NCBI RefSeq assembly: GCF_035084215.1
Contig: NC_090348.1
Span: 39,494,001 to 39,558,000, forward strand
Length of the DNA: 64,000 nucleotides
Source: Heptranchias perlo
Lineage: Eukaryota
Reading direction: 5' to 3'
Position 1 is the stretch's first letter; every line of letters begins with the position of its first letter. The translations under genes were made by a program, and so were the position numbers. Of the stretch, positions 24,630 through 37,262 are shown one piece after another. The notes under the pieces were generated by a model. That model was not told where the DNA came from and did no database searches. It was given only the letters and a program-made list of their open reading frames with translations.

Positions 24630-26869
24630 ATATATATTCATTTGACTTGAAGCTGTGCTCCAGATCCAGTGTGATTGCATAGTCTTGTGGATGAAGGTTT
24701 AATCAAGTTACAATGTACAGAGTGTCAGCTTGGCTCCGTTGGTCAAACTTTCACCATGAATCCAAAGGCTGTGGGCTCAAGCCCTACTCCAGTGCTGGAC
24801 TGGAAGACTGCTGCCTCGTCACAGGTGACTTGCTTCAGATGAGATGTTCAACCAAAGTCCTGTCCGAATGGCCTGACCAGTGCCATCAAAAACATGGTCA
24901 AACTGGTTGCTCATCTCATTGCTGTTGGGATTCTGCTGGTTGCAAAACCTCTGTTGTGTTTGCCTACATAACAAGTCTTTCGAGGTAAAAGAAACAGTTG
25001 GGACTGTGAATGAAACTAGCTTCTAAAGTTGTTAGATTAATGTATAAAAGAAAATGATGATTGATCAGCGTAAATAATTTACCATTGTATCTGCTGGGAC
25101 ATACAGTAGGTCAAGCATTATGCTCATAAATCATTGATTTGACTTCATTGTGTTACAAGAACTGATAGAATTAGGAATTGATATGCAGAGGTTACATACT
25201 CTTTGTGGAGGCAAATGTTTCCAGGTGATGTGATACATAGCTGTCTCATCTTAAAGGTTCCATTCCCCTACTGCAGCATCAGTGTGGCTTTTTCAACGTC
25301 CATTAATTTAGTCTTGCCTAAAGGATGTCCAGCAACTGTTCCTTCATTTCCCAATTGTAAATAGGAGTGCTGCAACATTATCTACTTTGGCCCAAGGCAC
25401 CCCATGAATTTTTTTTTTTAACTCGGCCACATTTTTCAGCCCTGTCCTCCTCTTGACGTTCTTGACTCCTTACTGGGAATATAGCTTTCTAGGTACTGGG
25501 TAGCCTCTGGTACCTCATGCGAGTGGCCATTATTCACTTATGAACCTAGATAGTGAGTTTTAATATCGACTGAAGCGTAGGGGAGCATGAAATCCAGCCC
25601 AATTCAATCCTCAGCCGACATCCATGTGGGCACATTATCAGCTGGAGTCACTGGTGAGAGGGGGGGGAAGACGCTCGCTCGGAGGGTTTAAATCTTGGTG
25701 CCTGTGAAGCTTATTTTCAAGATACTGACGACACCATTTCTGAAGTACACTTGTCGTTAAGATTCCAGTAAAATGGCATGTGAAAATTTTCATACTTTGT
25801 CCACTTGAACAATGAGAAACACCCAGCATTACATGTATAGGATTTGTCCCTCCAAACCCGGGCTATGTCTGGAAAGAGCACGTTGAGGTGTGCAGCACGG
25901 GAGTGGTGGTGGGAGCAATTTCAGCGAATTAAGAGTATCACAGAGTAAACATGTTGGGTTAGACCAACAAGAGTTAGGAGCATCATTATAGGTTGGAATT
26001 CCAGTGATTGGCATGGCCTTGCCCATTCCTGGGACTAAATTTTGTATTTTCACTCACCCTTGGCACAATCTACTCATGTTACGTGAATAATGAGCTGATT
26101 GCTACGTAAGCATGCCACTCCCCCTGCCACCAGGGGTCCGGGATGGAAAGCACAGACTGCTAGTAACACAGTTTGAAATAAATAAAATGCGTTCTCCCTT
26201 TGTGACCCGTGGCCCCAGGACAGAGGCAGCTGAATGCCGGAAACCTCTTGGAGCTTGTTTGAAATGTAAATTTTTTTTTTTTGTTGTGTTAATGCAGGTA
26301 CAAAGAAAACAGTACATATTGACAGGCTGGGTATCTTTCAAATGAATTAGTGCGATGAAAATTTAATGCCAAGTCAGCCCCTCAGGTACAAGCCAGTGCT
26401 GATGCCACGTAGGAAAGATGGAACAAAGTGTAGAAATCCATCTTGGCAAAGAAAGAAAACCATGCAGATCATTCTTGTGCTCTGTAACCTCAGTGTTTCT
26501 GAACTGTGTGTGCAGGGTATTGGTTGATTTCCCCATCTGCTATGTTCTCCTAAACCATGTTTTCAGGTGAACAGGAAAACAGACAATTCACAAGGTAGAT
26601 TTGGAAGAAGAAGGACTTTCAGACATTGTTTGATGCTGACTGCTGTTCGCTGTTTCTTCAGTCAGACCAATGTCTTGGCCTCAACCACTCTTCGTGGTGA
26701 CCCATTCCAGCCGTCGGGTCGCGCCAGCGCGCCCCGTTCCAGCCGATGATCGTCCACTTGCGCACAAAGTGGGAAGCGAGTGTCCATCAGCAGGAAAATC
26801 ACTTCCTCCAGAGTCATGCCCTTGCCTGTGGTGAAGGAAGATGTTAATTGCTTCCCTTCTTGTCCAGGG

Positions 26870-27238
26870 ATAGCTGACACTTCAATACAATAACTGAAGG
26901 AGTGTTGCATTATTGGAGGTGCCATCCTTTGAGTAAGATGTTAAACCAAACCTCTGTCTGCTGTTCAGTCTGATGTAAAAGAGCCCATTCCACTATTTGA
27001 AGAAGACCAGCGAGTTCACCTGGTATCCTGGCCAACGTTCACCCCTCAACCAACAAAACCGGAACAGTTTACCTGGTCACTTACTTCATATGCTGTTTGC
27101 GGGAGCTTGCTGCACGCAAGTTGGTTGCTGCATTTGCCTACAAGACAACAGCGACTACAAATCAAAATTCATTGGCTGGAATGCGCTTTGGGATGTCCTG
27201 AGGACGTGAATGGTGCTATATAAATGCAAATGTTTTCT
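26870..27238 (+). mobile_element. Deu-type SINE, head missing
   Basis: Central domain and TATATAAATGCAA tail. Confidence 0.75.
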
Positions 27239-27335
27239 TTCTTATTGGTGGGGCTTGGGTGGGATGGAAGGGACCAGAAAGAAGCTGAAAACATTGAGCT
27301 TCTGTTTCCCCCCCCCACCTCCTCCCCAACCCAAT

Positions 27336-27512
27336 GGGGTAAATTTTGACTTTGTGCGATATTGTAAAACGGATGATAACAACTCCACAGCTCGATATAC
27401 ATCGCTCTCATTTTTGACTTCATTGGAAATAAAAATCGGGAGAGGTGTTAAAAAAGGCTGCCGATTCGCTATCGTCCATTTTACACTATCGCACAAAGTC
27501 AAGACCTACCCC
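27336..27512. mobile_element. Harbinger-like MITE with 3-bp TSD
   Basis: Long imperfect TIRs GGGGTAAATTTTGACTTTGTGCGATATTGTAAAACGGA / TCCATTTTACACTATCGCACAAAGTCAAGACCTACCCC, with AAT on both sides. A partial copy lies at ~20548-20654. Confidence 0.8.
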
Positions 27513-28201
27513 AATGACTTGTTGTGAGTTTTTTCAACTAATTGGGGAATCGTACAGAACAGAGGTCCTAGGTTCGGTGTTAGTTCTAGTCGATCTTACC
27601 TAAGGCCGCAGTTGGGAGTGCTGCAATTGTCCTCGAGTGACCTTTGGTTAGATGGAGGAAAATCATACAAGATTTCCACTTCTGATATCTGTCTAGGGAC
27701 CTTTACTGGAAATACATACATCTGGATGTCAGCTGAGGAGGAGATCAGGCTCAGTTGTAAGAACACTCCTCATCAAGTTTCCAATTCAGCCAAATCCCAG
27801 CAAGTGGTCAATGGTTTCAGGAGAGAAAATTAGTGGAGAAAATTGGCAGGGAAAAAAGATTTTCTTTTTGAAAGCTTACTCTATCCCGTGGGTTTATTGC
27901 AGTATATAATTGAAAAATGAGGAAGGAGTGAGTCATACAGAACTTCTTTACACACAAAGGGTGATGGATTGGTGAAGTAAATTACCAGGAAAATCCACTG
28001 AAGTAAACAAGAGCCACTTGCATTTTTAAAGCACCTTTATCTCAAGGAAAACAGAGCCAGAAGGGAGAGATTAGGAGGGGTGAACAAAAGCTTAATCAAA
28101 GAGATGGGAGTCTTAGGTTTTAATGGTGAAGAGACTGCAGAGAGGCTTAAGTCAGGCGTTCCAAACAGTGGGCCTGAGGTGGCTGAAAACTCTGCCATCA
28201 G

Positions 28202-28466
28202 CAGGGTTGCCAACCCTCCAGGATTGCCCTAGAGTCTCCAGAAATTGAAGATTAATCTCCTGGACACTCCTGTGAGAAAATCTAGGAGAAAAATCGTAGA
28301 TGCATTCAAAAATTATGTGTTTTATTTCATCTATTAGTTATAAAAATATTGGAGATGGTGGTGGGGGGGGGGGGTGGGAAATGGCTGTTTGGGCAGGGCA
28401 GTTGGAGGTGAGAGGTCATGTGTTGAAACCTCCAGGTATGCATCCAACCAAAATTGGCAACCACTG
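28202..28466. mobile_element. hAT-like MITE inserted in an L2 fragment
   Basis: Ends CAGGGTTGCCAAC / TTGGCAACCACTG; homologous copies at ~47196-47570 (opposite orientation) and ~63666-63924. No clear TSD. Confidence 0.7.
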
Positions 28467-29154
28467 GTGGGCTGGAAGGATAAGGAACGCACAGAAGGCT
28501 GGTGCCACAGGAACAGAGCGTTCGGGAGGGGATATTAGGTCGGAGGGCAGTATAAGTGGATTATAAGTATGTTTCTAGGGAGCGAGGGATTGAGGGATAT
28601 GGTGGGAAGGCTGGTTGGTGGGGTTGAGATCTATCAGAAAGGAATGGTTTGTTGGGCCTAAAGGTCTTTTTCAGTTCCTAAAAATTCTTATGTTCTAATG
28701 TTACCTTTATTTATTGAGTTATTAATGAATAAAGAAGATGGTGAATGAGAGGTAGACTTGAATGATTAATTCATGTGAGGGATATCTTTGAAGTATTTAT
28801 TTTTGTTTCTTTTCTATATCGAGCTGAATATAATTACAATAATTTCCAGTTCTCGCTTAACTGCAGCTGATTTAACATTTACAGGACACATGTGGCAATG
28901 TATTGATTATACAGCAAACGGTAAAATAACATTGCGAAACATAAATATAGGCTAGTGCCTGTCCTAATGCATCTCGTCCAAGCATTCATTAGTGGGTGAG
29001 AGAATTTTAGAAAGGACTGTTGGAATGGGATCAGCCAGTTTTCCAGCTGTGCAGTGATTTAATGAGTAAATGCAGCCCTATAGTTAATCATTGAGCCATA
29101 CAGGCAAGGAACCTCCTGCATTTGATTTCAAGTTGCCTACAGAATAACCGTGAC

Positions 29155-29420
29155 TACAACAACAACAACTTGCATTTATATAGCGCCTTTAACGTAGTAA
29201 AACACCCCACAGGAGCGTTATCAGACAAAATTTGACACCAAGCCACATAAGATATTAGCACAGGTGACCCAAAAGCTTGGTAAAGAGAGAGGTTTTAAGG
29301 AGCGTCTTAAAGGAGGAGAGAGGTTGAGAGGCGGAGAAGGTTAGGGAGGGAATTCCAGAGCCTGGGGCCTAGGCAGCTGAAAGCATAGCCGCCAATGGTG
29401 CAGTGATGAAAAATAGAGTA
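29155..29420 (-). mobile_element. L2 3' end
   Basis: Reverse complement of ~10000-10260 including the (CAA)n tail. Confidence 0.85.
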
Positions 29421-29499
29421 ATTAATGCTCGTGGATCACTTTGGGATGGCCTGGGAAAGTGAAAGGTGCTCTATAAATGCAAGTTCTTTATTTCTTCCT

Positions 29500-30250
29500 T
29501 CCTCTGACCTCACTTTCATCAACCGCCCCGACAGCTATCTCAAGTTGAGTGAGGTTTGCAACCTTGGCATCCTGCTCAAACCTGAGCACAGATTCCTCCC
29601 TTGCGTCCTTTCTGTTCCCCAAACCGCTTTATTCCACCTCTCTAACATTGCCCACCTATGCCCCATCACTCCCTTTCTCTATTGAAATCCTCATCCATGC
29701 CTTTATCATCTCAGAGCTTGACTTCTCTAATGTCCTTCCAGCTGGCCTCCCCGGTTCAACCCTGCGCAAGCTTCAGCTCATCTCCACACCCAAAACAACA
29801 TCCATTTCACCAGCCCCCCACCCCTCTTCCATCACCCCAACCTTCTACCAATCCCTCCTCCCTCTCGAGTTCCACTAACTTCCTGTGCCCTAGCATGTCA
29901 ATTTCAAAGTTCTCATCCTTGTTTTCAAATCCCTCTATGGCCTCACCCGCCCTACCTTAATGTTTTCCTCCCTCTCCTCTAACACCCAATCCCCTAATTC
30001 TCCTCACCCCTTGCTTCCTCAGCTCTATCATTGGTAGCTGCTCATTCATTTACCACATACCTGCCCTCTGGAGCATTTTACCCAGTTCCCTTTGCCTGCT
30101 CACCTTCCATTCCCGCTTTCAAAACCTTCCGCTTTGACTGTGCCTTCAGTTGCCCATGGTAGTCTCTTTATTCATTCCCCTTTGTCTATGTTCAGTGTCC
30201 ACTGTATCCTTTTCCTTGTAACTGCTAAAGGCTCTGAGACGTGTTTCTGT
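29500..30250 (+). mobile_element. Older, diverged L2 fragment
   Basis: NLGILL, IEILIHAFIISELDFSN and LRKLQL motifs in broken frames. Confidence 0.75.
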
Positions 30251-30589
30251 CCGTGAGGATCACTCTCTGCGTCTCTCTCTTTCCCCATCTCTCTCTCTCC
30301 CCTTGTGTCTGTCTCTTCCACTGTCTGCTTCTAGCTGTTTGTCTGTCTCTCTCATATATATCTACATCTTCTTGTTAGTTCATGCATAGTTCTTTGTTCT
30401 CAGCCAACACAGTAGTTGGGGGTAAAAAATTCAGGCAAGAATTGTGCACCTGATCGTTAGCCAGTGACCCCAGGACAGGAGCAGGCTGAAGTGCAGTGCA
30501 CTCTGTGGTTGACAGCCTGCTGACAGTCAATGTCTGGGCTTATACCTGAAGAACAGCCACAGGGGTTGAGTACTGATTTTATATGATGT

Positions 30590-30960
30590 GACAGCACAGA
30601 AACAGGTCATATGGCCTATCAAATTTATGCTGGTGTTTTTCTCCATATAAGGCACCTTATCTAATCTACTCTCCTGCTCACTCCCCATGCTCGTTAATAT
30701 TCCTCTTTTTTTGAAGCAGCTGATTCCCTGTTAAATAAATTTACCACTCTGCCTCAACAACAGTTCATAACACTGAATACCACATTCTAACCATCCTCTG
30801 TGTAAAGGAATTTTTTTCTAACCTCCCCTTTAATTCCTTTTGCCATTGCCTTAAATGTGTGTCTTCTTATTACCATTTCACTAACCAGAGAAAACAATCC
30901 ATCACTATGTACCTTATCACAGCACATCATAATCTTAAAGACCTCTATGAGAGCCTTTAA
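30590..30960 (-). mobile_element. Diverged CR1 3' fragment
   Basis: Minus ORF 30787-31026 (LIEVFKIM..LFSLV..RKKF) and a reverse CR1 tail. Confidence 0.7.
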
Positions 30961-32679
30961 CAGTAATGAGGGGAGAAATATGGCGATGGAGTAGAGAAAC
31001 CATGGGGAGTAGAAGAGCACGTTCAAAAGGAGTCCGTTTTACAAGCATGTCCTGCAGAAACTGATCAGTTCCATTATCTTAATAGGTCTCAATTGTCAAC
31101 TCTTTCATTGGTTTAAAAAAAAAGATTATTTTCATTCTCTACCCAATTATGAATCGCATTAAAAGCCACTGCCACGTACGCTATAAAATATCATCATTGC
31201 TGACTATGACAAGAAACTCTACGAAATGGCCGCTGCCTCACTCTCGAGGTGGGAAGCTGGGCAAATGAACAGTGCCACTGCAATCCCTTGTTGGGTGTTC
31301 ATGATCTTTGGTGCTCCTTCCAGTAATGTAGCCTTCACTGACATCACGTCACAAATTTGGGCCTATCTGTCTTTTAGCTCCATTGATGAGCATTCCCACT
31401 GACATACAACCGGGTAAGTGGCACTGTAGAATTAATCTGCTTTTATACTCTTTTAATCTGGATTCTGGGAGCCTAGCATTCATGGGTCTTTCAGTTGCTG
31501 GATTCAGAACAATCAGAAAGCAACAGACTAGTTGTATCTAACAGCCTTTACCTGTTCTTAACAATCCTTACGTTCTAGGATTGAACCCGAAAAAAGTGGG
31601 TCAATATTTCTTCACTAGGTAACATGCATTTTAAGCTGGAATGATTCTGATAGCGTAGAGGGTAAAGAGCCCCTGGTGTTGTTCTAAGCCATATAGACCA
31701 GTGGGTTCCATTCCCAGTTGGTGCTGGGCTGAATGTTCAGTTACGGCAGCAGTTGGCACATCACAGTTAGCCTCACTGCCTTTCAGAGGGAAAGGAACCA
31801 GCCTGAATTCTCGTTTCTGATCGCTATCCAATGACCTTGCAGAAAAGTGTGCATGTCAAAGTCCAGTGAGATCAAGCACGGTTGTGGGATGCTCGCCACG
31901 GTTAAATAGCTTACACGCACTTACTGTCATTGTTGGATAATCCTTATCCTTTTAATAACAGATTAAGAATATAGATATGTTTTTACAGTCATCACAAAGG
32001 AAGAATGAATGAGATAACTGAGAGCTATTGCAAGCGTGTGGAGCCCTACCCTAGTAAGGCCCAAAAGAGATGGGGAATAAATTGGGGATAAGGGACTTAT
32101 AAACACAATACAATCCACTTTCATTATAAATCGGGTTGAGCAGCTTGCATCTCAAAATAGAAACTGTAATAAATTGCTTAATCAATGCAGTAAGGAATTA
32201 TAATTACCTGATCAATGAGGTAGGCAGCAGATAAATAATGTGTTAACACTGGTTTAGGAAACAAGGCAAATTAGTTGGCCACCAGTTTGGAAATTATCTA
32301 TTTAATGATTAGGTGCAGATTAAAGGTTTGTGGTGGCACTACTTGGCAAAGCTACAGGCTTCCATGTGCTTTGAGGTTAAGGATAATAAGGTATTGTGAG
32401 ACAGGGAAGATGAATTGCAGCGAAGCTTCTGTCTTGTAGTGCAGTGGGGGAGAGATTTATTGCCTGTCCCATTGTTCCTGTTGGCACATTTCAGGAAGGT
32501 TCAGTGTAACATCCTGATTCCTGTGGTGATGGGAAGCATTAATTTTTTTATGAAACTACAATATGGAATATATTTTATCGTATTAAATGTGTATTACAAT
32601 ATATCCGTTGTCAATACTCATTCACAATACCTGAACTTTACTAATAATTGTGGCTGGTGGTAATAGTCCTTTCTAGTAT

Positions 32680-32880
32680 CAGAGGCAGTAGTAGAGGCGG
32701 GTACAATTTTGTCTTTTAAAAAGCATTTGGACAGTTACATGGGTAAGATGGGTATAGAGGGATATGGGCCAAGTGCAGGCAATTGGGACTAGCTTAGTGG
32801 TATAAACTGGGCGACATGGACATGTTGGGCCGAAGGGCCTGTTTCCATGTTGTAACTTCTATGATTCTATGATTCTATAA
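32680..32880 (+). mobile_element. Short CR1 3' end
   Basis: GGGCCGAAGGGCCTGTTTCC..(TTCTATGA)n tail. Confidence 0.85.
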
Positions 32881-34440
32881 TAATAAAACTTGTTTATAGT
32901 ACATAGCTGTTAATATTAATTTATGGTATGTGATGGGTAGTGACATACCTTTACAGTGCTTGTTGACTTTCATTTGTGGTGTATGAATAGTACGAATATT
33001 TATTTGCAGTAATCGGCCAGTATCCATGTTTACATACAAGGGCCGATTTTAATTCCTGGCAGGAATGGACGGGAGTCTTCGTTGGAGGCCAGCCCTCATT
33101 TGAATGCTGCCGGTCAGCTGCTCGATGAGATGTTGCCGGCAGCAAGGCAAGTGCAGGAGCGGAGGTGTTGCGAGGGTCTCGTGACTGGGGGACGGGGGGC
33201 TGGGTGAGGAAAACCTAGGGCAGCGGAGACCCGGACTTTCCTTGTGGGGTCCTGCTCCTCCTGGCCCCTCACAGGAAAGTTTCTTTCAACTTACCTTAGA
33301 GGGTCTCACTGTTTTCCCGACAGCTTCACCTGGAGGGTGAGGAGAGGTGGGGGGGGCCGCCGCTCAGGAGCGTGTTAAACTATCACCGAGGTCTCATGTA
33401 CGTCATGGAACCGCGATTTCCATTTATTAATGAAGCACCTGTCAGAGTCTGTGGGGGGGGGTGCCTCATCTGCTGCTAAAACCAGCTGCATTAAAATTAT
33501 GCATCATCAGGAATGGAGCCGTTCCATTTTAACTGCTTCCCCGTTGTAGAATGCATGTACAAGCACAGGAATAATACTTGTTCACATGATGTCGCTCGTG
33601 CCCTCAACTACAGCACATGGATAGTGTAATTCTCATTTCTAGGATATAAGTACTGCCAGTGTTTACTCCATGTGGCTAATGTTGTTTATATTATAGGGTT
33701 AGTTGCAAATTCTTGTTTACATTATTTATAGATAGTAACGATATTTATCATATCTGTTTCTAAGTACTCCACATTGTGTATTTCTTTACTAGAGTGCAGT
33801 GACTTGTTACGTAGACAGACTGATGGAGCTGAATAACCAGTTAATCTGTTTCTGGTGATGCTGATTGAGGAAGGAACGTTGGCCAAGACACTGGGAAAGC
33901 TCCTAAACTGCTTTGAATGGGGTGATGGGATTTTCGGTGACTTCTGTTCAATGTCTAATCTGAAGTTGTCAAACTAGTTCATGAACTTAAGCCCTGCTTG
34001 GGATTTGAACCCATAATCTTCTGACCTGGAGGTAGAGTGCTACCAACTGAGCCAAGCTGACGTTGTGTGTATTAATGGCCACTTACAATGTATGGGGAGG
34101 ATTAAGGGAGCCTGTATTGAAAAACTATATGAACAGCCAGTGTGAATTCTAGTCAAAGAATGGAATCAAAGGAGGAAGTAACACTATTGCTGGTACCATC
34201 AGTAACTAATACTAACCCATAGAATATCCTTCCCATGTTTTTTTTAAGTTTGAGTTTAAAACGTGAGTCCTGCTTGCTCTCAGGAGCATTGAAGGTGGTG
34301 TACATGGTCTCTGATTATGGTTTGTTTTTTTCCATCCAGTGTCTGCCAAGTATGAGCAGAAATTAAAACTACCTCTGTTGATAGATACTTTTGTTTGGTA
34401 ATTAGCTGCACATTTTGCTTTCCCTTCAACTTCTGTCTTA

Positions 34441-35614
34441 AATTTTTTGAGGCGATAACAAAGAGGGTTGATGAGGGTAGCATGTTTGATGTAGTCTACA
34501 TGGATTTTAGCGAGGCTTTTGGCAAGGTCCCACATGGTAGACTGGTCAGAAACATAAAAGCCCATGGGATCCAAGGGAGAGTGGCAAGTTGGATCCAAAA
34601 TTGGCTCAGTGACACAAAGGTTGTTTCCAGTGGGGTTCCGCAGGGCTCAGTACTTGGTCCCTTGCTTTTTGTGCTATATATCAATGATTTCGACTTAATC
34701 ATGTCTCCTACATTTAAGAGATTTGCAGATGATACAAAAATTGGCTGTGTGGTTGTTAGTGAGGAAGAAAGCTGTAGACTGCAGGAAGATATCAATGGAC
34801 TGGTCAGGTGGGCAGAAAAGTGGCAAATGGAATTCAATCCAGAGAAGTGTGAGGTAATGCATTTGGGGAGGGCAAACAAGGCAAGGGAGTACACAATAAA
34901 TGGGAGGATACTGAGAAGTGTAGAGGAACAGAGGGACCTTGGAGTGCATGTCAACAGATCCCTGAAGGTAGCAGGACAGGTAGATAAAGTGGTTGAGAAG
35001 GCATACGGGATACTTTCCTTTATTAGCCGAGGCATAGAATACAAGAGCAGGGAAGTTATGCTAGAACTGTATAAAACACTAGTTAGGCCACAGCTGGAGT
35101 ACTGCGTACAGTTCTGGTCACCGCATTACAGGAAAGATGTGATTGCACTTGAGAGGGTGCAGAGGAGATTTACGAGGATGTTGCCAGGACTGGAGAATTT
35201 TAGCTATGAAAAAAAACTAGATAGGCTGGGGTTGTTTACTTTGGAACAGAGGAGGCTGAAGGAAGATTTAATTAAGGTGTATAAAATTATGAGGGGCCTA
35301 GATAGAGTGGGTAGGAAGGACCTATTTCCCTTAGCAGAGAGGTCAATAACCAGGGAGCATAGATTTAAAGTAATTGGTAGAAGGATTAGAGGGGAGCTGA
35401 GAATTTTTTTTCACCCAGAGTGTAGTGGTGGGGGCCTGGAACTCACTGCCTGAAAGGATGGTAGAGGCATTTATAAAGTACTTGGATATGCACTTAAAGT
35501 GCTACGGGCCAAGAGCTGGGAAAGTGGGGTTCGGCTGCTTAGCTCTTTTTCGGCCGGCACAGACACAATGGGCCGAATGGCCTCCTTTTGTGCCATAAAT
35601 TTCTATGATTCTAT
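34441..35614 (+). mobile_element. Young 5'-truncated CR1 LINE with open RT frame
   Basis: ORF 34395-35453 contains VYMDFS.AF.KVPH, SGVPQGSVLGPLLF, FADDTK, WAEKWQMEFN and LVRPQLEYCVQFWSP; CR1 tail TTCTATGATTCTA. Confidence 0.95.
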
Positions 35615-36899
35615 AATTAAACTTGGCCAAGAGTATTTGAGTCAAATGTCCACAGCTTTCCTTCCCAATAGTGGTTTTTTTTATTATTAAAATAGAAAAT
35701 TTCTGCCACATACCTCAATAACAGTTCCAATACCTCAAAGTAATTCATTGTCTGTGAAACACTTTAAGATGTAACAGGGCGCTATGTGAATACAAGTCTT
35801 TTCATTCAAATCAGTCCCAATAAGAGCGCCACAGGAAGTTTTAAAGGGACAGTGTCTCCATGAAAAATTGTCTGACAAACTGCTTTATTTTTTTTGTTTG
35901 CGGAGAGAGAGAAGAGCCAAGTGCCCTTTTACGTCGTAGCAACGTTACTACAACAACAACTTGCATTTTCATAGCACCTTTAGCGTAGTAAAGCATCCCA
36001 AGGTGCTTTATTATGCCTCATTACGTGCAAGTTACGAGGTGATATGTTATGCGCTTTCCATTATGGTATCGGAGGGCGATGCCCTTTTAAATCCCTGCTG
36101 CAGATCTTCTCTCTGGGCCTAGACGTGACATCTTGCAAATTGTTTCCTCAGCCCCGTCTGATAAAACAACCAGGGAAGAGAGTTCATGCAAGAACGCAGA
36201 ACCGCCTCCCTCGCGCTAAAATTTGACCCCCTTTCTCTTCAGAAGAACCCTGTGAGATAAAGTCAACAAAACGAATTGGAGCCATTTTCTGTGCTGTTTT
36301 TTCTTTTAAACTCGAGACTAAAAAGAGGTTTAGTCCCTTGAAAGTAACAGTGCTGTGGCATCGCGACGTGACAAAATGTAGTTTTTAAGACAAGTTTATA
36401 GAATGTTGTGGCCTCCAGAATTACATAGCAGGGTTTCAGAAATGTAAAATAAATCAGGACCAGCTGTTGGAAAATAACATTACATTACACCCGCTGGGCC
36501 AGGAACCGTACCACTTGAACTGTTCAGTTTAACCCGAAATCTCTTGCCAAAATCCACAGGGACTGTTTCAGGCCCATCGCACATCAGAGTAAATCATGAG
36601 AAAAGCCCAGAGAAGGTACTTGATTCTTGGCCACTTGACACAGTTGGAAGGAAGCTAGATAGATATCTGTCGATAGATATCTGTCGAGAAGGGAGATCCG
36701 AGAGTTCGCTGGAACTTTCCAGTTGTGTGTTTGCCAGTCTGCAATTCCACCTCCCCACCACCCCCCCCTTTCTTGTTAATGAACAGGAAAATCACGATTT
36801 GATGACCTCCGAAGTGAGAAACCCCCCCATCTATTAATAGCACTGCGTGATTTTTTTCAGAGAAGTTGGGAATGGAACTTAGTGTTTCTTAAGTTATAC

Positions 36900-37262
36900 A
36901 GCGCAGTACTGAGGGAGTGCCCAACTGTCGGAGGTGCAGTCCTTCGGATGAGATATTAAATCGAGGCCCCCCCCCACATCTGCCCCCTCAGGTGGACGTA
37001 AAAGTTCCCATAACACTATTTTGAAAAAGAGCAGGGGAGTTCTCCCCGATGTCCTGGCAAATATTTATCCCTTAACCACCAGCACTAAAAAAACAGAATA
37101 TCTGATCGTTATCACATTGCTGTCAGTGGAACCTTGCTGTGCGCAAATTGGCTGCCGCGTTTCCTACTTTACAAAAGCGACTACACTTCAAAAGTACTTC
37201 ATTGGCTGTAAAGCGCTTTGGGACATCCTGAGGTTGTGAAAGTTGCTATATAAATACAAGTA
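36900..37262 (+). mobile_element. Deu-type SINE
   Basis: Central domain and tail homologous to 13343-13785. Confidence 0.8.

Noticed and set aside
26567-26593. Micro-exon candidate after TTTTCAG
   Set aside because: Weak donor (GTAGAT) and an immediate TGA in the CELF phase; no support.
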